A stretch of 63,994 bases of DNA, counting the filler, from Catajapyx aquilonaris (lineage: Eukaryota): NCBI GenBank assembly GCA_000934665.2. It is 3 parts of 3 records of this genome, joined end to end, with 100 filler letters (N's around TTAATTAATTAA, not from the genome) between each part and the next. Parts side by side here need not be neighbours in the genome. Positions count along the whole stretch, not along the records: positions 43,116 to 63,994 come from JYFJ02006170.1; 2 more parts are not named here. One strand, written 5' to 3'. The position numbers were made by a program, and so were the translations under genes. Positions 51,080 to 63,994 of the stretch are shown here, one piece after another. Position 1 is the first letter of the stretch. Every line of letters begins with the position of its first letter. The notes under the pieces are model-generated. The model was not told the DNA's origin and made no database searches. It was given only the letters and a program-made list of their open reading frames with translations.

Positions 51080-53274
51080 TGGCTGCGATATGAGTCGCTG
51101 TGAAAAGGAAGGAAAACTGTCGGCTTGTGCTCAGTTGGACTTGTGGGCTGACGTGCATCTGAATGCAACTTGAGCGTCACCTCGCCCAGATTTGGCAGAT
51201 GTTAAAACTTGGGACGAGGAACAAATTGGCAACGTCCATTCAACCTAATGAGCATCACTTGTTGACCAGTTTGAAGCCAGTCAACAATGATGCTGCCTCC
51301 CCTAAACAGTTGAGTGGACCTTGCCTATGTTCATACATCCCCTTGACTAACGGAAGCCAACCTGATGTGATCCTGATTCTCATCATTGCTGATAGGCAGC
51401 ACATTAGCCTGTGCCCAACTGAGTGCGCTTGAACAGTTTGTGAAATTGTGCTCCAAAAATTGCGGGTCAAAGGCAGCTCAACTGGGATAGTTGGGATTGC
51501 AGGTTCCATCGCACAAGGTTCATCTGCATAGCTTTCCGAGGTAATTTCAGTGCATGCCGACAGCATAGCGCTTAATCAGGAGAAGCAGAACCCTTCGAGT
51601 TAGTTGAGGCAAGTCTGAGTGGCTTTGGTGCAGTGCCAGGCAGATAACACAGGCGTTTTTTAATTAGGGAAATGGTTTGATATGCTAACACAAAACAACT
51701 CTGTCATCTGCTTGGTTGCCGCTCAGCTCTGCTTCCATCAACACGAAGAACGTTTCAGTGGAAAACACTGTCCAAACTGTCACTTACAACAGTACATACT
51801 GGCGCAAGTTTTCCACAAGCTATTTCCTGGTCAAACGCAACTCAGCATGATTTGAAATGTTACCACCTCATTAGTTAGATACATCTAATTATCAACTACC
51901 CAAAGCATAAATGCAGGTCATACAATACACCTTTAACACCCATCACATGACTATAACTCACAATTGCAATAAACCCATTTCGAGCTGCCTCGACCACTAA
52001 TTTATTGAGCAATTTTCAAGCTTACTATTTTTTTCCCTGAAATTTGATCATGATGGAGGGTTGAGAATACATGAGAGGGGGTGCTATAAGAAAAAAAAAG
52101 ACAAAAAAAAAAAGATTTTCAAAAAAATATATTTGTGATTTATGTTTGCACGACTGAGAATAACCTGCCAAACGCTTGATTTACTCCTTTTCGACGCGAA
52201 TACTTCTGCTTGAATAACGCAACTTAGATATTTTTTCTTCTTCTCATCGCTTTCTGCCGAATCAAAATTCCCGCAAATCACAGACTGTATGGGAGTTAAG
52301 CACAACATTTTTAAAAAACATTAAAAAAAAGATGAATGATGTGGTTCTCTGGTGAGAAAAAGAATGCTGAAAAAATTCCTCCCAAAAAATAATATTGTGT
52401 GTTGCCTTACGCGCTTTTTGTCACTCACTTGGCAACACTGCGACTGATATGTACAAAAGGGTTAACATGTCAAAATAAATGTCTGAAATGTTTCCTCCTT
52501 TTTTTCATTTATGCAAGAGGATGATGCTGTTGTTCCGACAGAAGCAATTCTCTCCTAACTTTCCTTAAATTTTTTGCAAACTTTCAACATCTTGCACCAC
52601 CACCAGTCTATAAAGTCGTACTGAATATCAATTAGTGCCTGACGTAACTCATAATGCAAGACTGACATATGTCAAGATTACAATTTTCCTTGAGAATTAT
52701 TATCAGTTTCTTAAAGCGTGTCCTATATTTCGTGACCCAAAATACGCCTTTTCAAAAAGAGGAGTTTGCTATAAGAGCCAAATTTTTTTGCACATGTTTT
52801 GGGCAGTGACCCAAATCCTATTTCTGTCTCCTTTGCAATTCTTGCATTCCTTCATCTCTGTCACCGTCTCGTACAAGTTGCCAGAAGACAGCAAGCAAGA
52901 GAGGAAAAAAAAAAAATTAAGAGCGACATGACGGAAGGACTTTACATCTCTCAGTCAAATGCAAATGAATTTTTATTCCCTGATTTAATTTTTTAAAATA
53001 ATTATAGATCCTTCTTGTGACTTGGTTACTTCTGTGTAAAGAAAATGTCTCCTTGTTCACAAAGATGTCACTTGCCTGAAATGCCACTCACGGAATATCA
53101 CCACCACACTAACAACCAGTGTGTATATATATGAGATATAAGCACAGGGTCCTTCCAAAAAATCCATTGGAATATTTGATCTTGCCGGAAACAAAATAGA
53201 TTGTCCTTCTTGCTCTGGATAATGATAAATTTTTTTAAAAAGGGATAGATATAGGGGCGCTTGTAATTTTGGTT

Positions 53275-56200
53275 TCATACAAGGTAAAACCCTTGTGTCT
53301 GCTGCATGGCTTGGTACAACTTGTACCTAAGCTTCTCTTTTGTGTTGTATTTGGGGAGATCCATGAGGTTGAAGCACGTGTGCGCCACTGGGAGGTAACG
53401 GTCGTCACTGGTGGGTTGGATTATAATCTGAAAACATTGTTCAGATGACAACAGTGAAGAGACTTCCAGATGTTGGCCAGGAGCCACATTTTTCCAAGAG
53501 GCCAGGTGAAAATCCTGCCAGATATCATGTCAGATGCAGACAAGCAACACGTCGTGTAACGCCTACTACATTCTTCAAAGAAAATTCCTAGAGTTGTGCA
53601 GCAATGCACATTATAACAGCTGATACTAATAAACAAAGCGCAAAAGCAACGTGCATTGATATCATTAACTGCCTACGAATCACTAGACGCTGTAACAAAA
53701 ATCCAAATTTAAAGCAATCCCATTTACATTGTCTACATCAAAATGTTCGTATTTCAAAGTAATTTTTTCACATTGGAATTCATGTCGGTGGGTCAATAAA
53801 TTCTAACGGATGAATGCAAATCAGCAGAAATTACACGAAGGTATTTGTAATCTCATATTTTCATCTGAATTTGTGTCCTAAAAAGCTTTCTAAAAAATGA
53901 GCCCCTTGGCCCTGTAACATACCTCAACCAAGAGCTTACGAATCCTACCTTGACGGCCTTCATCCCCAGAATGGGTATCCTGTCGGAGCCGGTGAGAAAG
54001 AGCAAAAATTTCTTCTTGTGCTCCAGTGGCAACTCATGGAAGACCTCCCAGAAGAGGCGGATCGTATGATGGTCCTTGTTATACTCGTTCTTGTACTCTG
54101 TGTTGCGCTCTAGTTCATCCCAGTCATAGTTCTCATTACCTAGATGCAACAACTTGTATTCAGAATGCATGTAGATGGAAACAACAGCTCAGTTTTTTTT
54201 TGTCTCACTTCAGAGGTCTGACACCAACAATGTGACTGAAGTAACTTATAAACTTACCCACAACAAGTGCCATGAGTTCCTGGGCATGAAACAGCTGCAA
54301 AACCTTTCCACCACACACTTTGAGGAAACCCAACGCAAAGTGCTCGAACTGAACTTTGACACTGGCATTCAAAAGATAGTCCACGTACAGGCTCACAAAC
54401 TCGTCCCTAAAAAGTGTAAAATAAACACCCATTTAGCGAAATAAAAATTCACTCAACACTTGAACTTGGGGCGATTCCAGGACAGTTCATGCAAAATAAA
54501 ATGGAAAGTTCACCCCATATTTTTTATCATAATGAAATTTGGTGATATTAATCACCATAGGGAGTATAGCATCACCCTATTTTTAAAGATCAATTATGTT
54601 CACTAAGTAAGTTGGACATAATTAAATGGGCAAAAAACCCGTAATAGGCCGCACACATGTGGACATACCACCCTAAATCTCCGTAACTGAATAGCCCACA
54701 GTTACATTTGATGGATGACCATGTTGGGCAAGATGAAAGGATTTCCATGATTGAATGTTCAAATTTTTTGAATGGAAATGACTGCATTTTATGTAGAGTT
54801 CAGAGTTTAAACACGAAATATTCGCCTCTTCGGCTTTAAAAAAATATGTCCCATAATATATACTCGATTCTGCATTTTACGCAGATTTTTCCAGTGTGGG
54901 ACCTCCATTAGTTCCGGCTCAAGAAAATAAAACAGGTCGCCCGGGCGCAGGATTTGTGTCCTATGATGTCATGAATGTTTCCAATGCTGGCAGGGGTGTC
55001 CATCTGCCATGAAGGCGGTTGGGAAAATGCCACATGTTCGCAGCCCGCCCACGCACCGAGTGTACCGTACCTCAATCCCGACCCTGCCAGCATTAGAAAA
55101 TTCGTGACGTCATAGGACACAAATCCTGCGGCTGGTTGACCTGTTTTATTTTATTGCGCAGGAACTGATGGAGGTCCCACTCTGGAAAAATTGGAGAAAA
55201 ATGCAGAGTAAAGTACATATTATGGGACATATTTTTTTTTAAAGCCGAAGGAGGCGAATATTTCGTGTTTAAACTCTGAACTCTACATAAAATGCCATCA
55301 TTTCGATTCAAAACATTTGAACAGTCAATCACCAAAATCTTTTCATCTTGCCCAACACGTTCATCTATCAAATGTAACTGTGGTCTATGCAGTTACGGAG
55401 ATATAGGGTGGTTTGTCCACATGTATGCTGCCTTTTACAGCCTTTTACGGGATCTTACCCATTTAATTACGCGTGACCTAATGACTCTAAAAATATTTAA
55501 AAAAATTGATTGGTGCTCTATTCCTTATGGAAAATTATTGCACTAAATTTCACTGATATAGAAAAATAGAGGGTGAAGTCCTTTGCATGATCTCTCCTCG
55601 AATAGCCCCTTGGGCATAATTTCACATTAATGGACTTACTTGTTGTCTTTTGTCACAGGGATATTCGACCCATTTGGCTTGAGTTCATTGGTGGCCATCT
55701 CTCCAAATGATTCAGTAGTTATCTCAAACCTGAGGCCAAAAACATCCTCTACATCATCGCCCTCATAGTTACGCAGTTCCTGAAGGTTCCTGGAAATATT
55801 TTAGTAGACATGTACACTAAAACCACATTTGAATCCATACACTCCCTGGTAATTTTTCTGATCAGTTTTTCGCTAAGAGTCGGGCCGTTGCACAAACTTC
55901 TAGGTACTCTACGCTGAAGTCATACTAACCCTACACTCTTATCAGCCCTGGAAGTTGCATATTTCTAATATCTTCCTGGATTTTAATTATACAATCAGCC
56001 CATGAATAGTACAATAATGAAGCAAATAAGTAAGCCAGAATTACTTTGCAACAGTTGGTGAAAATTCCCTCAGGTCTTCCAGTCCAACCGGCTCTCCCAG
56101 CAGCTTCTTGTACAACACCAACGGAAATGGGAGATCGATGATGGTGAAGTTGTAGATTGCCAGACCACAGAGAAGTCCTATGAGCATGTAGGCACTGGGA

Positions 56201-59200
56201 TCCTCAAAGGAGTGGGCATTAAACCAGATAACACGTGACTCAGGGTCCTCCGTAAACATGCCGTACTTCGGGTCCAGGACCTCACGTAGGATGTACATGA
56301 AGAATTCCTTGCGAACGCCACCTGCATCCTCAGCTTCCTCGCCAATGAACTTGACCTTCAGAATAAGTATACAATATTAGAAACATATGGCAACTCTTGA
56401 AGGAGCTCATAATAAATTATGGGTTGCTCATTAAAAAAAGACCATAATTATGTTGCTTTATTCCTCTTCTCTTTGGTTACCTTGAGAGGCCTTTTGAGTG
56501 CAGCAGTATCCTGGTTCCTCAGCTGCATGATTGTGTCTTGCACCAGGTTTTCCCTGCTGACGGTCAACACTAGGAACTGGAGGGCCACAGCAACATCTGC
56601 TGTCACTGGCGTGAACATCAGGAGGGGAAAAGCTCTGCTTGCAGCCTCGTTCATAGCGTGTTGCATCTACATTCAGCAAAGGGTGTTACATGTCGGGAAA
56701 AATGATGAAATTATTTACTGGCTTCTCATACACAAAATACTAGTTCAAACCAGGAAAAACAGTTTCATGCAATCACTTACCTGTATGGTCTGATCAGTCT
56801 GGAGAAGAAGTGTTTTTGCAGAAGCATCAAACACAAATGGGTAGTTGCAAAAGTACATTTTCCCTGTCTGAAAAAATTAAATAAAAATTAATGACTAACT
56901 TTTATGAACCATCTTTTAAACCAAAGATGGTCTTATAGTTCAACTCAAATGCATACAGGCCTAGCCACTGTATCTGCCCTCCAGTTGAGGTAGTCCATCC
57001 TGACATCCACCCTCTCTGTGATCTGTGGTATGTAGAAAGTGTCGTAAGGCACCTTCATGCCATGGTCTCGATTCAGTCTGTTCAACTTGCTCAGTATGTC
57101 CAGGGATACAATGAGGCCATGCTCACGATTGCTCATCTGCATGGACACAACAAATATGAGTTTGTTACCTTGATTTTAACACTTATACAAACAAAACCTA
57201 AGTGATACCACAAGACAGGAAGAGTGCATCCACGATGCAAAATTTATGAAGCAGTATGCAACTCTCGGAAAGTACAAAACCATTGTAGAGTAGATTGGAA
57301 TGGTCGTACATCTGACTTTGTTAGTGTTGAATTGGCTTGCGGCCCAAAATGAATCCTCTAATGAGTAATTACTTACTTACCTCATTACCATTCTGAGTTG
57401 GCAATGAATCAAGAATGTACACGACCACATCTTTGTAGATTTGTATGAGGCTCTCAAAGTAATCATTTGACATGTTGCTCCACCATATCCCTGCAATGAA
57501 CAACATGAATGATTGCAATAAGTCTGCACCCTAATCATGCTCGCAATAAATATGCACATGAATTTTATGCATTATTATCTTCCATATTCCAAAGCAATCA
57601 CACTTTTCAGTGCAATGATGCTAACTTCAACAATGCGAATTACATTTATCTATAACGAATTCAGAAAGCAATTACAAGAAATACACCAATATTGCAACAC
57701 ACTGTAAAAACTGAAATTTCGCAAGTCATAAATACAAGACGCCTTTAACTACAAATAGACCGAGAAAATCTTTCACTCAAAATCTGTGCTCCACAAATGG
57801 GGAAGAGTGTTTTTACTTTCCACTAACCACAGAAACGTAAGAATCATCACACGTTATGAAGCATAACCTGTAAAATAGTTAGTACTGCGATCACATGAAA
57901 AACTCTCTCAGTTTTTTCCATGCATCAACAGGTCACTTTACAAGCCAGGAGCCACTACAAGTACATGCATGCATACGTGCTCATCAGTCATGAAGAAATT
58001 TGCCTTAGAATATTAATTAGCTATTAATTAGATTAATAGCTTCTCACCAACAACTTTTCCAGCTTCAACCTTGAGGCTGAGCACCTTCTTCCCGAATAGG
58101 GATTGTAACTTCAGGTAATGCCTGGGATCCTTGAATTCATGGAAGCAGGGTAGAGTTAAGTACAGCCGGAGGGATTCCACATCAGGAGGGGAGCAAGGGA
58201 GGGACGGGATCAACTCATTGGTCAGCTGGTGGAACATCTGCAAAGTGTTTTGCTTGTATAAGTGCCAGTAGTTAATGCGAAAGTTGCAATCAACTTGATC
58301 AGTTTAACTCACTCAACCATTTTATTTAAATGTAGCATTTAACACATGCAAAAAATTGTAGCCACAGGGCAAAACTCAACCCTCGTACAACTCATAACAA
58401 CTACACATGATTATATGCAAGTATGAAGTGTTCTTTTGTTCTTATTTGCTGCATTTTAGTTAGGAGGTGCAAAGGGCACTATTTCCTTCCATATTGGAAG
58501 TCATTACAGTCGAGTTTCATTTAAAATTTTTGTATTGTGACCCAAGTTATTGGGATACAAAATTTTGTTTGTGTTCAATTTCAGGTCAATATAATTGATC
58601 AGTTCTAATGATAAACAAGAGTTCTCACCAGCTCCCTGATGACAGAACTTTCCACTCGACATAACGAATGAAAGGCAGCGTTCACCTCGTCCATGTCAAC
58701 ACCGTGGTTTTTCGAGGCACAACAGTAATGGGCATCGTTTTTAGTCAGAAAAGAAGCATTCCAGCATGAGGAACTACCAAACACTGTCTCCCCATACCTG
58801 AAATTAGTAAGAGTGGGTTAGCTTTGTAGAGCAGTTGATAGCATCAGTAATTATATCACAACACTGGCATAAGCTTTGTAACGACAAATATTTGCACATT
58901 TCTCTCAGCCTGAATAAACGCAGATGGCTTGCAAAGTACTGTATCATCCGCCCTACAGGACACAACTGTGCTTTATTTTAATTTTGAATTATGTCCAGTC
59001 ACTTGCAGTGAAAATTCATTTGTTTCTTACATGTGAAGGAAGCTCACGATTATCCCTTGAACTGAGTTGCACATTCCATTAAATGTGTGAAAACTTTGAA
59101 ACACAACACTACGTAACATATATAACATAACAGTCATATCATAAGTCTGCACATCCTCAAAATAGACTAGCACACATAAAATGTTTGCAACACAAGGGAG

Positions 59201-61872
59201 AAAGGGGAAGAATAGGGGCACAAATTTGTTGGTATGTTTAAAAAGGAGGGAATCATCTCACAAGATTTTCAACTGACTTGAAAGCCCCCATCTCTCCGCA
59301 TTGTTTTTAAGATTATCTGATAAGACAGAAAATGCTGAAAGGATCTCATCCATTATTCCCTCCGTTCCCCAACTCCCTAAAGAATGACACCAAATTTTCT
59401 CAACGCCAAAAACTCACCTCATCAGTTCCTGGTCAACTAGTTCTCCGCTTTGGATGGACACAAAATCAGCAATCTTGGAAGAGGTCAAGGTCAGCACTTG
59501 GGTCTTGGGATCATACTTTCTGTAGTCTATTAGGAGTGCATCAGGCTGTAATAAAATGTATTGTCATTTAAGAAATTGGACACAATATGAAAAGAGCTAT
59601 CATACTTATTACATATTATTATATTATTATTATTATTACATATTATTCAACCCCATCTTCTCACTGCAACAGCCCAGTTAAAAGTACAATACAAGCAGTA
59701 CTTCACCAAAGCTGAACTATGGGTGGCTCATATTTCATGTCACTATCAGCAAAAGTATTCAGCGTCCACAAATATAATTGATAATAATTCAACCACATTT
59801 TCCAATATATACACATCTTATTAAAGTCATGAAATCTGACCAGACAGATTTAATATTTTTATAAAAAATTCACAGAGAAGGAGATGTCTTGTAAACACGT
59901 AATATTAATTATTAAAAACATTACCGTGCCACTTGATTATACGACTGAAACTAACCTGGCTGTGGACAGTAGCAAAGCAGTGATCTCCTCCTGCAAATAT
60001 CTGCTTGATTCCCCCTCCCCTTTTCCTGGTGGTGATTTCTCCGTCCTCTCCCTCTCCTTCCTCCTCGACCCTCTCATTTGCCAGCCAGGGTCCTCGTACA
60101 AGCTGAGGAGTGTTTGAGGTGGCCCTACCCCCAAGACCACCAAAGGAATGCAGTCTGCCCTTTCCCCCTTCCAGGGCTAGTGTGTGGCACCTCCCACAGG
60201 CAATCTCTGTCACCACACTGCCCATCAGCTCCATTATCTTTCGGGGAAGAAGCTCACTGTGGCTGCGAGCCCCGTGTCCAAGCTGGCCATATGCACCCGA
60301 TCCACATGAGAACACACCTCCATCCTTTTGGAGAAAAATAGCGCGACGCTTGAGAAATCTTTCAACCTAACAATGAAGCAGGATTTCTACCTTAGTGAGG
60401 AAGACGGAATGGTCTTCACCACAGGACTGGTATATGACATTCGCATTTCGCATGGTCTTAAGCTGTGTGGGGTAGCAGGCATCTGTGGTGTTGCCAATGC
60501 CCAGCTGGCCAAATGAATTCTTTCCCCATCCAAACACAGCACCTGATAAAGAGCGAAATCTCACTAACCGATACGCAGGACACTTGCTAATATAGCAGTT
60601 AGGACAAGACGTGAACTGATGTACTGAATGAATAAACAAACTTCCTAATTTTCCCCAACGTAAGTGTAGCTATGACTATCTTCACTTGAGGTCTACATGA
60701 TATTAAGTCTGAACCCACCTGACTTGGAAACGAGGAAGCTGTGGTATCCACCGCAGGCAATAAAGGCAATGGGTATGCCAATAACAGACCTGACCTGCGT
60801 GGGAAGGTCATGGGCTTCTCCTATCACCCCAAGGCCCAGCTGTCCATGGGAGTTGCTGCCCCAAGTGTACAGTTCTCCATCTTTATCGATGGTGCAGAAG
60901 ACCCAGGAAAAGGAGATACAATAAGCAAAAATTTCTCAGTAATCTGCAGTTGCCTAATGCAGAATGTGACTCACTGTTGGTAAGAGCCATAGAGTGGAGG
61001 TATCCGCAGCAGATCTGCACGACTTGCTTCGTCGCAAGGGTGCGGATAGCTTTGGGTTGTGGGACAATCTTGTCCTGTAAATGGAGACCCAATTGTCCAT
61101 ACAAATCTGAACCCCAACTGAACGCCTCTCCCCACTCATTCACAGCCAGGGAGTGTGAATGACCTGCAGCGACTTGGATTATGCGATGGGCATCCAGACC
61201 ACACACTTTCTCTGTGGAGATATGAAAAGTTAATTAATATCTGGATAAACGTAACACTTGAATGCTATAATAAAAGGATGACTTGCCAGGATAATTCTTT
61301 GGCCTGTCCAGAGCCAGCTGACCGAAGTCATTACTTCCACAGGCGTACACAAGCCCATCATTGGTGAGAAACAACGTGTGGCTGTCTCCACAGGCAGCTG
61401 AAAAGATTATGAAAAAGGTTATGCTGACAGGTGCAATAAAAGCTTAATATCTATTTCTTAAACTTTAAGTACACATCCTTATGTATACGATATAGCAGTT
61501 TTATTATGCACATATAGCAGTTTTATTGATAATAGTGTAAGTACCTTGACAGCTGCAGCAAAAACCATGATAATAACAATGACTGATAGCATGTCAATCA
61601 CCCTCATAACTTTCACTAATGCAATTTGAACTTCATAAAAAATAAAGCAAGTTATTTATTTTTCACCTCATTAATAGCATCCCTTTAAAAATTATTCCTG
61701 CAGGTCATTCAATATTACAATTATTATTGGAACACAATTTTCCACAATAAGACTGACCTTGACTCACTTCCCACGCTTTGCTGAATGTGATCTGCCTGGG
61801 TGTTGTTACGTACTCCTCGTCAATCGCGCCCAGCCCCAGCTCTCCGTTGGCGGTGTTGCCCCAACCAAACAT
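53275..61872 (-). CDS. HERC4: HERC4-type E3 ubiquitin ligase (RCC1 repeats plus HECT), ~1049 aa
   Basis: 18 exons: 61758-61872, 61287-61397, 60975-61211, 60719-60880, 60391-60542, 59956-60324, 59418-59545, 58629-58797, 58048-58237, 57381-57490, 56957-57136 (donor least certain), 56781-56867, 56481-56666, 56045-56355, 55640-55789, 54258-54406, 53949-54139, 53275-53427. GQLG RCC1 repeats, [29 protein letters not shown]. Confidence 0.96.
54469..55608. mobile_element. Foldback non-autonomous DNA transposon with ~500-nt TIRs, Sola2-like, in a HERC4 intron
   Basis: CTTG|GGGCGATTCC ... GAATAGCCC|CTTG (perfect 4-bp TSD); arms ~54469-54995 and ~55080-55608. Confidence 0.88.
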
Positions 61873-62362
61873 CTTTTAAAGTTGCATCGAAGTCCAGGTC
61901 CAAAGAGAAGCAGCAGCAGCTTCAAAGAAAGCAGTAGGAGTAATGCAATCAATGACTAAAAGCCACAAGCTGTTGCGTAACACAGAATGTTCTGGATCAG
62001 TCTCCTACTACTTTGAGTAATGAAACGGGAATTCGTATGATTAATAACAAAACTTCAAATCCTGCCCAAGCCTGCACAAACCTAACATAGTTTCAGTCTG
62101 TATCATCAAAAACAATGTTTTTAGAGTTGTCTGATGCAATATTCTGCCTTACACATTCAGGAACTCCTCATTGCATCATGGCCCGCAGTTGATACAACGG
62201 ATGGTCCATAAAGCACACTATACCGGTAATGGGTGGGGTTTATGCAGTGTGATGGAGCATTTCAAAGGCGTGAGAGAGTGTGACGTCCAGCCCAAATTTA
62301 CAATACAACAAAGGTCCTTCACTACCCACAGCCCTGCATCTTTTGAAATTGCATTTTTATTA

Positions 62363-62560
62363 GGGCAGCACAGTGGAATAGTGGTTAACGCCTTCCACCT
62401 TTAAAGTTATGACGTTTGATCTCTGGGTCGGACAGAGGATACTTATTGGGAAAAGTTTCAATGGGTTCTCTCTATGTTCATGGGCGTCTCCTGTTTCCTC
62501 CCATAATCAAAACCCATTGCAGCACAGGCAATAATTAAAGTCCGTTATTAAAAAGATGAG
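62363..62560 (+). mobile_element. Decayed tRNA-derived SINE, third type
   Basis: GGGCAGCACAGTGGAATAGTGGTTAA head and CTCC.GTTTCCTCCCA body motif; B-box degenerate. Confidence 0.4.
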
Positions 62561-62920
62561 CCCCATGAATGTCCCACGTAGCCTATCCCAGGCTATCTGT
62601 CGTTGTTGTACTGTTGAAATAACATTTTTATCTGCCTCTTGAAGTTTTGCCAATAGTCCATGACACTGTGGCCCTGAACCCACATCAATTGCCCCAAAAA
62701 ATTAAATGTTTGTATGGCAAAATGGTTCAAGTTGAAGGGGTTCAAGAAACTGAAAATATGCATGATGAATTTTCATGAGTGATCCCTCATGGCCTATACT
62801 TTAAATGGACAACAATTCTATAGCAATAGGAGCCACAAAATCATCCTTTCTATACGTATTATGTTGCAGAAAAACTGCAAAAATATGATTGCCCATAAAG
62901 TCAGGTCTCAAGATGATTTA

Positions 62921-63237
62921 CAGTACAAACCCCAATTTTTATCCGACTGTTCCACTCCTTGGCAATAAATATGTTTTCTCATGAAATACTGTAATGCACT
63001 ATGCATTTGTTTAGTATTATTTAGTTAAATTGTAAATACAGTACAGTAGTGTGTGTATGTAGATGATAAATAAATCACTATTTCTTAGCAGACCACAGTA
63101 TTGTACGTTATTGCATATTTTTTTCTGTTTTTTGTTGAATTTCATATGTTTTCTTTACTTCTCGGATTATCCAACCTTTTTTTTAGTTCTGACCATGTGC
63201 CAGTCCCATGGGTGACGGATAATCCGGGGTTCAACAG
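62921..63237. mobile_element. Decayed Tigger-like MITE
   Basis: TA|CAGTACAAACCCC..TTATCCG ... CGGATAATCCGGGGTTCAACAG|TA. Confidence 0.6.
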
Positions 63238-63935
63238 TATTAGCTCTTGGTATTAGTAAGCTAACTTTGTCCACGCACAGCTTTAATAGTGAATCGTAAT
63301 GATGGGTTCAATAACCCGATTATACACCAAGGTGCGAATATAGCTCAGCCGATGCTTTCCTTCAACATAAAAAAAACCAACATTCCATATAGAGCCAGGA
63401 ATGCACAGGATCAGCAGCAGTGAGCCTGGCAATAGTTTCCTGGCACACATTCTCTCCCAATAACAGAACAATAGGAGTGGAGTGCATCAGTGGAGCAGCC
63501 CCCAACTGATAAGAGGTGCTGCAATGAGGGAATAGGGCGTTGTTTGCGTCCCCTGCAGCACAGACAAAGGGGATCACATTTCAACTGGAACTTGCCCTGC
63601 TGCTATATAATTCCGCATCGTCATTCCTCTCTTCTTCCTTCCCGGCTGCGGGCATATGCCCCTTATTGTTTACCTGGTGGAGGGTGTGCCGAAGAGGGTG
63701 CCTCCTCGCCCTCAGCAGCCAGTGGTGCGCGACGCAGGGGGGCAGAGGGAGAAGGCCCCTAGTCGGCCCCCAGTATGAAGAGACGGCAGAAGGCGCAGAG
63801 GAGCAGCATCCCCCCGGCCGCCATCTTTCCCCCTGATCTTCTTCTGTCTCCTCTAGTTCGATCAGTGGCCTGCCGACAGGTGGAAGGCGGCGGCAGGTTT
63901 CAAACAACATATGCACAGGTGGGTGCAGGGTGGGC

Positions 63936-63994
63936 GTAGTAGTAGTAGTGGTAGTAGAAGTCGAAGTGGTGGTAGTAGTAGTAGTAGTAGTAGT
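63936..63994. repeat. (GTA)n-type microsatellite at the window edge
   Basis: Interrupted GTA/GTG triplet run. Confidence 0.9.

Noticed and set aside
1..63994. Hammerhead ribozymes or an intact autonomous transposase/RT
   Set aside because: The CTGANGA occurrences I checked by eye lack paired stems and GAAA; all mobile-element coding remnants are fragmented.

Overview
Eukaryotic (animal, most likely arthropod) genomic DNA from a draft assembly, with two 100-nt gap markers (44N-TTAATTAATTAA-44N). I reconstructed five spliced genes by hand with phase-consistent splice junctions: gamma-tubulin complex component 4 (minus, 6 exons, runs off the left edge); a KIF7/KIF27/costal-2-type kinesin-4 (minus, 7 coding exons, ~1030 aa); eIF3g head-to-head with it (plus, 3' exons lost in a gap); a PDZ-less ZASP-motif (ZM) protein (plus, 4 coding exons); and HERC4 (minus, 18 exons, ~1049 aa, one GC-AG intron). 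Two unrecognised ORFs (28159-28632 minus, 32288-32881 plus) carry notable short linear motifs. Introns and the 13.6-21.5 kb interval are densely packed with nested non-autonomous DNA transposons (hAT-, Tc1/mariner/Tigger-, Harbinger-, Sola- and Helentron-like), tRNA-derived SINEs and a decayed LINE. I found no CRISPR array, rRNA or true tRNA, and no clearly demonstrable new biological system. The best leads are the two motif-rich orphan ORFs, the ZM-only protein, a SINE family with swapped 3' tails, a 90-bp double-hairpin hAT element and an inverted Helentron-like duplication. All family assignments come from remembered motifs, not database searches.
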